Notes under the pieces: generated by a model
Database searches by the model: none
Told to the model about the DNA's origin: nothing
The model's input: only the letters and a program-made list of their open reading frames with translations
NCBI RefSeq assembly: GCF_006345805.1
Contig: NC_042998.1
Location: 108,004,001 to 108,068,000, forward strand
Direction: 5' to 3'
Length of the DNA: 64,000 nucleotides
DNA from: Octopus sinensis
Taxonomy: Eukaryota
Position numbers and translations under genes: made by a program
Part shown: piece by piece, positions 25,480-38,344 of the stretch
Numbering within the stretch: the first letter of the stretch is position 1
Layout of the letters: the number at the start of each line of letters is the position of its first letter

Positions 25480-28210
25480 GACTGACTGTGGTAGAGTATT
25501 TAGGAGTGAACATGGCATGAAGATTCATCAAAGAAAATTGGAATGCAAAGAGCAATGCAAAGCATCAAACAGTACCTAGGGGCCTAGTTCTGGCAGTATT
25601 AGCACTTCTTGTAAGTCAGAGAAGGACCAGGGTAAAATATAAATCACAATGCCCAGGGCCTCTCTGCTCAACTTGCTCAATACATAAGAAGAGTGGATTA
25701 ATCTGAAAGCTGTAAGGGCTTTGAGAAGAAATCATAGCAGAATTTGCCTCCAGTGACAAATCTGAGATGGATTCTGTTGGACAAGACAACATTTTGAAGG
25801 GTGACACTTCCAGGAAGATAAAACCATGGTGCAAGTGGGATACCAAGCATGCCAAGATACTTTTGGCATGAAGCTAACAAAAGCAGTAAACAGAACAGTC
25901 ACAGTAGGAGGTAACATCAGATGACAGAATTGAGAAAAGTGCTAAGGTAGCTGAAGAAAAGGTGGAAAGATGCAGACAACGAAAGTAAAGTAAATTTAAA
26001 TCAACCTAGTTTGAATTCATGAAGAAACCTGCTCCAGCTTTGTAGGGCAGTGTCACTTTCAAAAAAGCAGAGAGAAAAGGTCTTATTTTTAACCAGTCCT
26101 TCCAGTTCATGGTTGACTTCCTCAGAAAGCCAAAATGCAACATGTTAATGTGCTTCAGGAAAGAGGTGGAGAGCAGAGTAGCAGTAATGCATGGTGACCC
26201 CAGGAGAGATATTCCATTAGGAAATTCTCTCTCTCCACTGCCAAAGCTCAAACTCCACACCCGTTTCAATATAGCAGACTTCATTTTCAACAAAGTGAGG
26301 GCAGTTGTGGTAAAAGTTTGTACAGGTTCTGCTCCAGAGCCATCTAATACCACTTAATGAATTTACAAAACTGCCCACAGCTGTTAAGAAAGTTAGCAAA
26401 ACTTTTATGTTTGATCTGGAAGAAGCAGCAGAAACCTTGGCTTTGGATACTTGCTGAAGGCTGTTTTGTCTCAAAAGAGGAAAACTCAGTAGGATTTGAC
26501 CAGTTTCAAGAGATTTCTCTTATAAACATGGAGGGAAAGATCTTTTGGGCCATCGTTACCAAAAGTTTAATATCATATCTCCTGGCCAATGAGTGCATCA
26601 ACATGAGTGTCCAGAAAGAAGGGGTCCCAGGCTAATCTGGATGCTTCAAACATGCATCAGCGATCAGCCATGTCATTAAGAAGGCAAAGAGGAACAACAA
26701 CTCACTCCCTGTTGTATGTTTGGATCTTGTCAAAGCATACCCAAGTGTGCCCCACCAGTACTCCAAAGTGCATTGGAATCCTATCAAGTATGAACAGAAG
26801 TAATCAAATTCATAATGTCACATGAATTCACTGATGATAAGGCTCATAGTGGGAAATTTCACCACTAAATAGCAGAGACTGGAAAAAGGCATTGTAGCAG
26901 GGTGCACAAGTTCAATGGTACTACCTATGGTAGCCATGAACCTACTGTTAGAGTTGGGAAGGAAGCAGTAGAGAGGTACTGAAATATGAAAATACAAGAA
27001 ATCCACTTTGCAGAGCCTTTATGGATGGCATAATAGTTATGACACCACCAACTGAAAGGGTATGGTGGACACCGAGCTAACTGGAAAACATGGCTACATG
27101 GTCACATTTTAATCCAGTGGAATTTCCGAACCTGAATATCTTCTAAGGAAAGCTGACAGATGACATCATCAGCATTCAGGGACGTAGGGATCCAACAATT
27201 CAAGAAAAAGGAGTCTGATTCATTGGGAAAGATTACAGTCATACCTCTTAGGATATTGGCAGTTGATAAAAGTTAGCTACATGGAAGGTTCAAAGTATGG
27301 TGCTCCCAGTATGGCATCATACCCAGACTGCAGGGATCATGTTTGCTTCATGATTTTGCCATGATCCAGGTAGAAGTAACACAGAAGCCACACAGTAAAT
27401 TAGTGTGAAGATGATTGGGTGTTCCCCCCAAAAGACCTTTAAGCTCTGCCAACCAATTATCTTCCTCCAGTGGTAGAGGAACCCACAAAGGAAAGAGTAA
27501 TCAGCACATTGCTTCTATATGAAGAATGAGAGAGTCAGATACACCAACAAGACTGTAAAGTGTGGCAGAAAATGGAAGTTGCAGGAAGTTGTGAAGAAAG
27601 CAGAGGCATACTGGAAATGCCAGGAGATTATTGGAGTAGTTTATCAAAGATGGCTAGGACTTGGCAATTACAGCATCAAGAATTGGAGAAGCACCAACAA
27701 GAGGAACAAGAGAGAACTCATGAAGGATCTGTGATTCAATAGAGAAGGATTGCTGAGTGAAGGTAGTAGGTCTTGCACACCAGGGACAATGGATACAGTG
27801 GCACCAAATGTTAGAGCACCTGCTGTCCTGGAAGGATCACTGGGGCAGTGACCAGGGAAGATTGTCCTTCCTCCTTCATGCTGTTGCTGATCTCTTCTTG
27901 ATAACCCCAAATAACCTTAAAATATGAGACAGTATGGAGCAACTCTTTGCACTATGTATCACATCTTGACTAGATGCCCTAAGGCACTAGGAGAAGGCAA
28001 ATACAAATGGAGAAACAACAAGGTCTTTGCGTAAATTGCCAAGTAGACTGATCTGCAAAGAGTTAAAGTTAACAGACACCAGTCACCACCACCAAAGGAT
28101 ATCAGATTCCTGAAGGAATGCAAAAGAGCTCCTAATAAGAAAGTCAAGGCAGGAGACCCATTTTATATTTTGCATCCAGCCTCAGTCTGGGAGATGCAGT
28201 TGTTTTCTCA
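25480..28210 (+). mobile_element. Near full-length decayed HERO-like non-LTR retrotransposon
   Basis: N-terminal CGRVFRSEHGMKIHQRKLEC zinc finger; RT motifs FQEISLINMEGKIFW...SVQKEGVPG, LDLVKAYPSVPH, RLEKGIVAGCT; C-terminal HILTRCPKALGEGKYKWR and WEMQL. Confidence 0.85.
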
Positions 28211-28820
28211 CCTGAACCATTTATTCATTGAATTATAGTGTAGGTGGTTGAATATCCCACAAATAGTTGCAACCCTAATAGGAAATCAGAGTGGCACAGT
28301 GTCTAACAAGGTTTGGCCCTTTGAATTACATGTACAATCTTCCAATGGGCTTTCACATTGTTTCTGTCTACCTATTTCCATTCACATGGCTTTGGCAGAT
28401 TCACAGCTATTGTAAAGATACTAGCTCAAAGTTCCATGAAATGGGATTGAACCCAGGTTATCATGATTGCAAAGTGAACTTCTTAACCACTTGAGTGGTG
28501 ATAGCATCACAGCATGAACAAAAATTGTTAAATATTCCAGGTGATTATTGAGCAACAAAATATGTATAATTTTCTACATGTGTAGCGTTAATCTCAAGAA
28601 TATGAGATTATGAATGAATGAATGAATGATTGGAGGTGGTATTTGATAATAGGAAAAGATGAAAGTAGAGAAATGTGAAGTAACAGCTGAAGTAAGAAAA
28701 ATTACAGTTTACAGAAGAAACTGGAAAGAGGCAGACAATAAGTAAGAAATAATGTATTCAGCATGGAAAATCAGATGATGATAATGACACTTACAGCATC
28801 ATGAACATTTCTTGACATAC

Positions 28821-28915
28821 CTAAGTTTTTTATTCATTTCTTCAAAAGTCTTCTGAGCTTCTTTTGAAGCAGTACGCTCCATTTGAAGGGTTTTGTCCAA
28901 GTCTTGCACATGCAT
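28821..28915 (-). CDS. CCDC171: CCDC171-like exon, phase 0 to 2: MHVQDLDKTLQMERTASKEAQKTFEEMNKKL(S)
   Basis: ttatatttatttag|ATG...TTAG|gtatgt; 95 nt; resembles human LRIRDLEGALQVEKAS. Confidence 0.9.
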
Positions 28916-31609
28916 CTAAATAAATATAAAACATATTAAGAATAGTTGATAAAGAAGGCTCTGAGGAGTAGAAGTCTAAGTTTAACATGTATCAGTTAAG
29001 GTGGAATATGTCACAGATATTTATGGGATTGTTTTATTAGACATTCCTAATCATTATTTTCTTCAACCAAACCTCTTGTGATCATCTTCAGTTTTCATAG
29101 AAATAAGCAAATGAAAAACGAATTTATTCTGAATAGAAAACCTCTTTATAACAGGTAATGTTTCCTATAGAAGGAATTCAACTCAGCAGCACTGTAAACT
29201 GATAATGTTGCTGTGAATTATATCAGCTGGTATACTTTCCAAAGACAAGTGTCTTCTTGGAAACAGAATTATTGCATTGTGACTGACAGAATATGAAGCA
29301 CTGATATTTAATGTGATCTTCTCTCTTATAGCCTACTGATGTGGCAATACCTTAGCTGTTTTCTGAGACTAATGATGAATATATGCTCTGGAGTGCCACC
29401 TATTTTCATGCTAGTAGACTGAAGTAAATAAAGTAAGTTTACTTAATCAGGAGCAGAAGTTATTAGTTAGTGGTAGCAGAAGTTGAAAACATAGTCCCCT
29501 GGATCAGTAGTCCAATACTATCATTACCAAAATATTCCAACAGTCCAGTTCTATGATAACAGTAGTTTAGTTTAGTACAATGATCACTATAATAGATGAG
29601 TCATTCAATACCATGACCATCTCTGTAGATCTGTAGTCATGTAATGTGGCCACCACAACAGATCAATATTCTAATACCGACTACTATAAATAAATAGTTC
29701 TCCATTATAGATCAGTAGTCAAGTACAATGATCACCATTGTAGATCAGTAGTTGAATACCACATTTACCTCTTCTCTTTTGGTGGTTGGTAAGATAAAGT
29801 ACTAGCCCAGTACTGGGGGGGGGGGGGGGCGGTCAATGTAATTGACTAATCTCCTCCCATCAGATTTCTGGCCTTGTGCCTATATTAAATACAATTATTC
29901 TCACTATCATGTTTTCACCAGTTTTATGCAAGTTTCTACTGTTCTAATAGGTACACCCCCATGTTCTTGAGAATTGTGATTTTATGAGACATTTAATTCA
30001 TTGCTTTTAGCATTAATTTAATATCTGTTTGTTTTGTAGAATGTGTGCAATGTGAGTTATTTTGATAGGTGGTGTTTGTGTTCCATATATTTTGTAATTA
30101 GTGTTATGCGTTATAGAGTCAGGTGGTAATTGTGTAGTGCATGTATCATGTGCCATATTAATAGGTGGCAATTGTATAGAATGTGAGTTGTTGGTTTTAT
30201 AGTATCGAGTATGGATTTTGTAAGAGTATGTTTTGCGTTACTTTATAGGTGTGCATTGTGTAGAGCATGTGCTGTGTTATACTGTTTGGTGATAATTTTA
30301 TCAAGTATAAATCTGTTAAGTGAGGTGTCATTTTATTGGGTGGTTACTGTATAGTGTGCAAAGAGCGAACTGTTTGGGTTGTGCTATTGTATTGTAACTA
30401 CAATTGATAAGATAGCTATGATGAGAAAAGCTAGTTTTTGGACTGTGTGTGGAGCTGTGAATCTTAGAATGGCTCTTGTTGATGAGCTTCATGTTTTAAT
30501 AAGTTCTGTTTTCACCTTCATACTCAACTTTCTGTCTAGTTCAATTTCAAGATATTCCTTTTAGGTAGTTTTTTCACCTCCTTCAGTGCAATGTTTTCTT
30601 GATCAGATGGATATGCCTCATAGAGTGCAGTGTACTATTCACTGCTTGATACTTATAGCTGAGTGAGTTGCCTTGATCTCTTGATGTCTTAACAGGCATG
30701 TCCCAGGTGTTTGTGACCGGGTCATTCTCATGTACTGTGTTTGGTACATTGTTTATCCAGTACTTACTCATTTTCACATCAGTGTTTTTGTATATTGCCT
30801 CAACTCAATCATATCTGTGAATGTACCCTGACTGGAAATAAATTGGCAGCCAGAAATCATGTTAACTATTTCTTTGTATTGAATGTATAATCTGAAGTTG
30901 CCACTTTTATCATTATTTTGTTTTCATAAATATTTGTAGCTACACACTGACCCTTTTTTAAAGTAATGGTTGGTTTTCACTCTAGGTTACTTCCACTCTA
31001 TCAAGACATTTAGTTTATTGGCTATTGTTTGGCTTTTCCATATTGTCTTTAGCATATTTTAGAAAAATATTATTATGATATTTATTAGATTATTAGGGCA
31101 CAAACAGAGGTACAGCAAAAAAGGGAACCAAACAAAATACTTTGTAATATATAGCTCTGACCCTTTATGATCTAAACTGAAACCTTAATTATTTACCCTT
31201 TCAGAGTTGTTATTTGGCCTCACATCATCAACACTGATCTAACAGATCATGATGACCATCGTTTTTATTCAGAGAGAATATCTAGGATTATATTATCCAA
31301 TGTGTCATCTCTTTTATGACAATAGGATGGGATTTGAGGGGGTTCAGCTATCTGGAGCTGTTTGAAATTAAAGAATCTATAGTTTTCACTTAACAAGGTA
31401 AAGCTACAGATATGTAAAGAAAACATTTCTGTAGTTGAATTGAAGCCGGTATATTATGTATTTAGATTAGAGGGATGAAAAGTTAAGAGGATTGTTAAAG
31501 GATTTGAACAAAGAGTATGAACTGAAATAATTATAAATTTCTGAACATTAGATCTGGGACAATACCAATACATTGCCCTCTACTGTAAAGATATACATAG
31601 ACCATTTAC

Positions 31610-31702
31610 CTGCATAACTTCTGTCTTGAATTTAGATTCTAAGTGTGTTTCCCTTTCTGATTCTATGCTGATCTCCATTGATTTGATATGAGAAAAGGCA
31701 GT
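31610..31702 (-). CDS. CCDC171: CCDC171-like exon, phase 0 to 0: TAFSHIKSMEISIESERETHLESKFKTEVMQ
   Basis: gattttcag|ACT...CAG|gtaaat; 93 nt; matches recalled human CCDC171 [31 protein letters not shown], the most diagnostic segment. Confidence 0.92.
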
Positions 31703-31799
31703 CTGAAAATCATTAAGAACCTTTAGTAATTTTTGTTTTAACATGAATAATGGAATGAATGAATGAACGAACATACATACATACATTTATATATATTTT

Positions 31800-32185
31800 A
31801 TATCTGGGTTTTGTCCCATTTAACGGGGGTGCCTGGATCTACCTCAATGCCATAGCAACCGCCCTCACACCATCTCACCATCTTGCCCGGTTTTGTGCGT
31901 CCTCCCTTCTCAAGCCAACCCTCCCAATCTCCTCCTCATTTTCCTCAGTCTACCTTGCTTTCCCTGTCCATTTACCTCAAACTCTAGCATCCTCTTCAGA
32001 GCATGCTTCTCATCCCTTCTCAACACATAGCCATACCACCACACTCCATTTACCCTTGCCAGCTGTTCCACTGATTCCTCTATCCCCAGCATCCCCATCA
32101 AGTCCTCAGTTCTCCTCTTATCAAACAGCTTCACACCACACATTTCTCTCTCAGTCCTTCTCAAAATTGCCATCTGATATGAAAA
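31800..32185 (-). mobile_element. RTE LINE 3' fragment (second RTE family)
   Basis: ILRRTEREMCGVKLFDKRRTEDLM...WWYGYVLRRDE...GRLRK; similar tail inserted at ~34560-34800. Confidence 0.8.
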
Positions 32186-32724
32186 TACAATTCAACACTG
32201 GATTTAATTGTAGATTAAGAAGTTGAAGAATGTTAATATAAACTTAATGTGGGTCAAAGAAATAAAATATTAGCTGCTTTATAACGTCTTATGCTTAGCA
32301 GCATTTCATCTGTCTTCATGCTTTGGGTTCAAGTTCTGTCAAGGTCGACTTTGTCTTTCATCCTTTTGGGTCGATAAGTACCAGTGAAACACTGGGGTCG
32401 ATGTACTCAACTAGTCCCTCCTCCTAAAATTTCAAGCCTTGTGCCTTTGATAGAAAGGATCATTACTAGTATTTATTAAATTCTGATTTAGTCACCAATA
32501 CTTTCCACCCTAGAATAATACTAACCTTGTCTTTAATTAAAAAACATTAAGAGTCGATATGTTTTTGAAACTAAAGGAATCACATTCCTCAAATTTATTC
32601 AGTTTTCAAACATACTTTACATTTTTACAAAAAAGTGCTCTGCTCAAACTACCAGAACACATCTGTCTTCCTAACATTCAATTAAAGGTTTCAACTGAAA
32701 ATCACCTTATATGAAGGAAATAAA

Positions 32725-33040
32725 TACATCATCATCATCGTTTAATGTTCCCTTTCCATGCCGGCATGGGTTGGACAGTTTGACTGACAACTAGCAAGCC
32801 AAGAGGCTGCGACAGGCTCCAATCTGATCTGGATGCTCTTTCTAACACTAACAACTCCGAGAGTGTAGTGGGTGCTTTTTATGTGCCACCGGCACAAGGG
32901 CTAGTCAGGTGGTACTGGCATTGACTACGCTTGAATAGTGCTTTTTAGGAGCCAGTCCAGTGGTACTGGCATTGATCATGCTCAAATGGTGCATTTTACG
33001 TGCCACTGGCATGGGAGCCAGTCCAGCGGCACCTACTAAG
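32725..33040 (-). mobile_element. RTE LINE 3'-end copy with ~60-bp subunits
   Basis: (CAT)n-tailed family sequence. Confidence 0.8.
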
Positions 33041-33283
33041 ATTTTCAATGTAATTATAAGCAACCATTTGGAATAAAACAGTAACAAGTTCATTAACAGG
33101 TTTCGAACTGTGTATCTATGTAGATAAAGTTTCACATCTATTTGAGATGTTACAATTTGAATATTAACCATACTTAAAATATAACTCTGACCCTGAAACA
33201 TGAAGGAGAGGCAGTGCATTATTGATTAAACAATAACAATAAATGAATAACATGCATAACAATAAATGAAATATGTTTCCTAC

Positions 33284-33378
33284 ATTTAAGTCTCGTTTTA
33301 AGTTTAATTCTTTTTCCTGTGACTCTTTCAGCTCCATCAATGATTTCTTTAAATCATCTTCTAGTTTTGACTTTTCAC
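33284..33378 (-). CDS. CCDC171: CCDC171-like exon, phase 1 to 0: EKSKLEDDLKKSLMELKESQEKELNLKRDLN
   Basis: caatttcag|GT...AAT|gtagga; 95 nt; resembles human ELEFSTQREERLRKEFE region (recalled). Confidence 0.85.
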
Positions 33379-33506
33379 CTGAAATTGCATTGTGACATTT
33401 TACAAAAGATTTGTCTTCATTTAGGGTCTATTTTCAAAGACTGGAAAATCATTTTAATAACTTAATTCAAATTTGCTTTGTTAACATACACATAAATATA
33501 TATATG

Positions 33507-34971
33507 CAGGGTGTGGCAGAGAGAACGGACATTTTTGAAATGGCTATTACTCAACCCCGATGGGAGGGACATGTCTTAGCATTTTTTTTTCAGGTGAAGC
33601 CATGGCACTGTGGATGATAGAGCATCATGTGTTTGCCTATGACAATTACATGAAGAATAATGAGTCTGTCACAACAGTTCAGCATGAGTATCAGTGCCAC
33701 TTTAGCATTCACCAAAATCAGGCTGTCCCTGCCTGTAACACAACCTTATGTTGGGTGAATGCACTTCGTACACTAATGGATAGGACACTGGTGGGAGTAC
33801 CATGAACAGTACGGACCCTGGAAAATGTGGAATGTGTCAGACAAGCTTTGATATGGAGTCCAAATCGTTCTGCTAGGAGGCATTCCACTGAATTTTGCAT
33901 CAGTAATTGATTGATAAGGCATAGTGTGCATGAAGACCGGCATTTCCATCCACACAAATTAGTCATTCGGCAACAGTTGCAACCATGGGACTATGCACAA
34001 TGGCTTAACTTCACACAACAGATAGAAGCAATTTTTGAGGCAAATGAGTGATGAAGCTCATTTTCATCTCAGTGGTATAGTGAATAAATAGAACTGTTGT
34101 TATCGGGCTCTTTAAAATCTGAGAGAACTGCACAAAAGACCACACCACAACCCAAAAGTTACAGTCTGTTGGAAAACCTGCTGTCAATGGTCCTTATTTT
34201 TTTGAAGACAATGATGAAAATGCTGATACTGTGAACTCCGAGCATTACGAGATGATAAACAACTTTGTGCCTGAATTACGACGAAAACATGTGCCCATTT
34301 AACATGTGTGGTTTGCTGACATTCCCTCCCCATACTGTCCCCTGATTTGTAAATGCATGATTATTTCTTGTGGGGACACCTCAAGGTATGTGTGTATGTG
34401 CATAAGCCCTGTACAATGGATGATTTGAAAGAAGCTATTCACGTGGAAGTTGCCCAAATTGATAGAGCAATGCTGGAGTGAGGAGGCCAACTTCCAGGAA
34501 TGCCTTCAGAAATACATGTGAAAATGGACACCACATGATGGATGTTGTTTTCCACATCATCATCATCATCCATTGTTTTAACTTTGGGTTTTGCCCCTGT
34601 TAACAGGGGTGGCCGGATCTACCTCAGTGCCATAGCAACAAAGGTAGGCAGATGTAGTCCACCCCAACCTTTGGGCTGGTTGGTGCCCATTCTCCTTTGC
34701 TATCATGAGGCTTTTTTGGAGCTGGATTTTCTATGGGGAGCATGCCCTACTTCCCCCCAATCTTAGTTTCTAGACTTGAGTGATCTTGAGACCAAGGCCT
34801 CTACCACAACTTTTAAGAAATGTGGTGGAAAACTAGCTCAGGAAGGCAGGGACACTACACTCTGAAGCCCCTTGATTTTGACAAATGCTAATTCAATACA
34901 AACACATTGATGTCAATAAAATTTGATTCAGTGAAGTTTTCAAAAATGTCCATCCTCTCTGCCCCACCCTG
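33507..34971 (+). mobile_element. Tc1/mariner-superfamily element with DUF4817-type HTH (DD37D/maT-like), decayed, containing a nested repeat
   Basis: TIRs cagggtgtggcagagagaacggacatttttgaaa / tttcaaaaatgtccatcctctctgccccaccctg; HHVFAYDNYMKNNESVTTVQ...VPACNTTLCWV, VRTPENVE, GPYFFE. Confidence 0.85.
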
Positions 34972-35159
34972 TGTGTATATATATATATACATACCATCAG
35001 GGAAGGTAGATATAAAATTATTATAACCTGGGGATGCAAAAGACACTTAAGATGCCATACAGTAGAATTGAACCCAAAACCATTTGGTTGGGAAGCAAAC
35101 TTAACTTCTTAAACACACAGCCACGATGTGATCACAATGGGCTTTCAATTCTTTCTTGA

Positions 35160-35540
35160 CTGCACCATTCTTTTACATCTTGACCCAAATTGTTTTAGTC
35201 AATTGTCTTCCAATCATTATGGTGGCCTTCTGAGTGGATATCACTTAGGAACTGCATAGGTCCGCATGTAGTCTGTGAACCTTGTGACATCATCAGCTCA
35301 GCAGAACTTGTATTCTGTGATCATGTTGTTCACGCCGCTTTGTTCTCAAATCGCCTCATGTTACTCCTTGCATTTCCAGGAGTTTCAGCACTGTGTTCAT
35401 CTTTGTGCTGTTGAACACCTTTTTGCAGCTGTTGTGTAACAGAGAGGAAGCTTTTATTCTTTTGCTTGTTCTATAAGCTGTGTTAGAGTGAATATGGATG
35501 GTGTTTAAAAAGTTTGTTTCTGAACCACTGCATGGCAAGT
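35160..35540 (-). mobile_element. Decayed RTE-1-like LINE C-terminal fragment
   Basis: Broken frame resembling MERSMLGVT..D..R...KW.P...RPP. Confidence 0.5.
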
Positions 35541-35934
35541 GTCTCCTACTTTTATCTCAATTTGACCAAAGCTTGTTGTATATATATTATCATCATCAAT
35601 TAATGTCCATTTTCCATGCCGGCATGGGTTGGATGGTTTGACAGGAGCTGCACCAGGCTCTAATGTCTGTTTTGGCATGGTTTCTATGGCTGGATGCCCT
35701 TCTTAATATCAACTGCTATTCAGCATGTAGTGGGTGTTTCTTATGTAGCACCAACACCAACAGGGTCACTGAGTAACATGCAATACGAAAACCCTCTCAG
35801 CTGAGAGGAGGAAGTAGTAATGAGGGTAGTGGTGGCTTTGTGCCAGTTGATGAAAAATTAGAGGTATAGCGGGACAGTGGTAAGGCAAAATTAGAATCAT
35901 ATAGTTTAATTATTTAAAAAAAAATTTAAACATT

Positions 35935-37770
35935 GAAATATATTTGTGTCTACTGGTAATTATAACGTCAGATATTTTATTGACTAAACTATTTCTGTTG
36001 GCTCAGATTATGTGGAGCGCCTCCTTTGTGCATAAATCGCAATTCTTTGTGTGTGTATTATATGGTGTGGCTTCCCTTATTATAGACCAATTTATACTAA
36101 ATTCTTTGTTGTTCATTTTTAATCTATTGATGTAGGTGACTAGTGTAGTTGAGTTTTTTGTTTTGTGGTTAGTGAATGAGTTTATATGTGCCCTATATCT
36201 ACTTTTAAAGTCAATAGTACTACCTATGTAAATCTTTTTAGGTTCATTTAGGGTTGAGACTTCGACTTTATATACGGTGTTTCTCCTTAAACAGAAGCCT
36301 TTAAGAGAACAAAATTCCCTATTATGACAATTACATGTTTTTATTTTGTTTAATCTTACTATTTTTAATATCCAAGTCCTTATCATTGTTCTTCGTGTTA
36401 AGATCAGCTAAATTATCTCTAATGGTTTCATTATTTCTAAGTTTAAGTCTATTATTTGCTGCGATGATAGATCCAAGATTGGGTGAGGTAGAATAGGATA
36501 ATTTAAGACAAGATCTATTAAATATAGACTGGTATTTATGACCAGGCGAGAAGTTCCTATTGATAATGCTAAAAAATAACTTAGGGAAATTTCTTACATG
36601 GAGGGAGAAAGGGGGTGTAAACCATACAATTTCCTGTTTCCTCCCAGAATAGTTCCTATTCTGCCGCATATCATTTTTGCTATACTTGAAAAATCTATAG
36701 CGTCTTCTAAAGTGTTGTTGATTTCTATATTTGGTGGATGTTATTTATAGGATGTGAGTCAATGTTAAAATTCATATTTGGAAAATGTTGTGTCCGGTGA
36801 AAGTCAATTTTCTTTTAGTACCTCATAATTTAACACACTCAACAGTAAAATTTTCACTTATTTCTTATTTTTATTTTCCTAAAATTTTCGTTGCATCCTG
36901 CAACCTTTTCAACAGTCTTGACTCTGGAAACTGTTTGCCTAATTTGTTTTTAAATATCATGTTTTTAATATTGTATATTTTACTGTTAAAACTGCTGTCT
37001 TTTAGTGATGTATTATAAAGGGGTGCAAACTCATTAAATATTTTTTTCATTTGCAGATAAATTAGATATTCATATTGACACGCCTTTAATTATTCCTTAA
37101 TGACACTTTGGGGATGATCTGATAAAGTGTGGATATACTTAATAGTTTTGTTAGCCTTATGATAGGAGTAGAATAAGCCATTATCCAAATGTCTCTGAAT
37201 GTGTTAACATTCAGAGACATTTTCAAATATGATATCTAATTTTGCCAGTTCCGCTGGACTGGCTCCTGTGCAGGTGGCATGTAAAAAACACCATTTGAGT
37301 GTGGCCATTGCCCGTACTGCCTGACTGGCCCTCGTGCCGGTGGCATGTAAAAGCACCCACTACACTCCCGGAGTGGTTGGCGTTAGGAAGGGCATCCAGC
37401 TGTAGAAACTCTGCCATATCAGATTGGAGCCTGGTGCAGCCATCTGGTTCACCAGTCTTCAGTCAAATCATCCAACCCATGCCAGCATGGAAAATGGACG
37501 TTAAATGATGATGATGATGATAATTTTGTATAATTTTAAAAATCTTATTTTTTCCTAATCCTATCAGTTGTTTGTGTAGAGGATTCAGATACGGCGAATA
37601 AGGCATCATCTCTATATAGGCCTCCACTAACATTAGGGTATTCTTCCCTAATTTTAGAGATTAGACATAGTCCAACAATATCTGTGACCTGGACAGAATT
37701 TGAACTTCCCATTGTAACGATCGAGTCCATGTCCTATTTTTGAAGGAGGTCAGTGTTTCCTTGCAAATTC
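35935..37770 (-). mobile_element. Penelope-like element with RT followed by C-terminal GIY-YIG endonuclease, interrupted
   Basis: RT VTMGS...IVGL...GLYRDD (37545-37730); linker IVWFTPPFS...IFNRSCLKLSYS (36331-36669); endonuclease CNC...CSLKGFCL..VYKV..IYIGST..FKSRY..H...WSI...CDLC (36003-36386). Confidence 0.92.
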
Positions 37771-38165
37771 ATCATCATCATTTAACATCCGCTTTCCATG
37801 GGTTGGACGATTTGACTGAGGACTGGCAAACCAGATGGCTGCACCATGCTCCAATCTGATGTGGCAGAGTTTCTACTGCTGGATGCCCTTCCTAACGCCA
37901 ACTACCCCGAGAGTGTAGTGGGTGCTTTTACGTGCCACCAGCACAAGGGCCAGTCAGGCGGTACTGGCAACGGCCATACTCAAATGGTGTTTTTTACGTG
38001 CCACCTGCAGAGGAACCAGTCCAGTGGCACTGGCAACGATCTTGCTCGAATGTATTTTCATGCGCCACCGGCATTTTTACATGCTACCGGCATGGAAGCC
38101 AGTCGGCTGCTCTGGCAATGATCACAGTAGGATGCTGCTCTTAGCACTCCACTGGTACGGGTGCC
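37222..38165. repeat. Tail-to-tail inverted pair of same-subfamily RTE 3' ends (~37222-37520 +, ~37770-38165 -)
   Basis: ~270 bp of mutual reverse complementarity with ~250 bp spacer (the PLE RT fragment). Confidence 0.85.
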
Positions 38166-38204
38166 AGTCATTGAATTTTGTATATGTATATATGTATATG
38201 TGTG

Positions 38205-38235
<31 letters not shown>

Positions 38236-38236
38236 G

Positions 38237-38274
<38 letters not shown>

Positions 38275-38300
38275 GGTGTGTGTATATATATGTATATGCA

Positions 38301-38337
<37 letters not shown>

Positions 38338-38344
38338 TACTGCT

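Noticed and set aside
30470-30800. Possible R4/Dong-like or other LINE relic on the minus strand
   Set aside because: Only weak motif echoes (SYKY); not enough to assign
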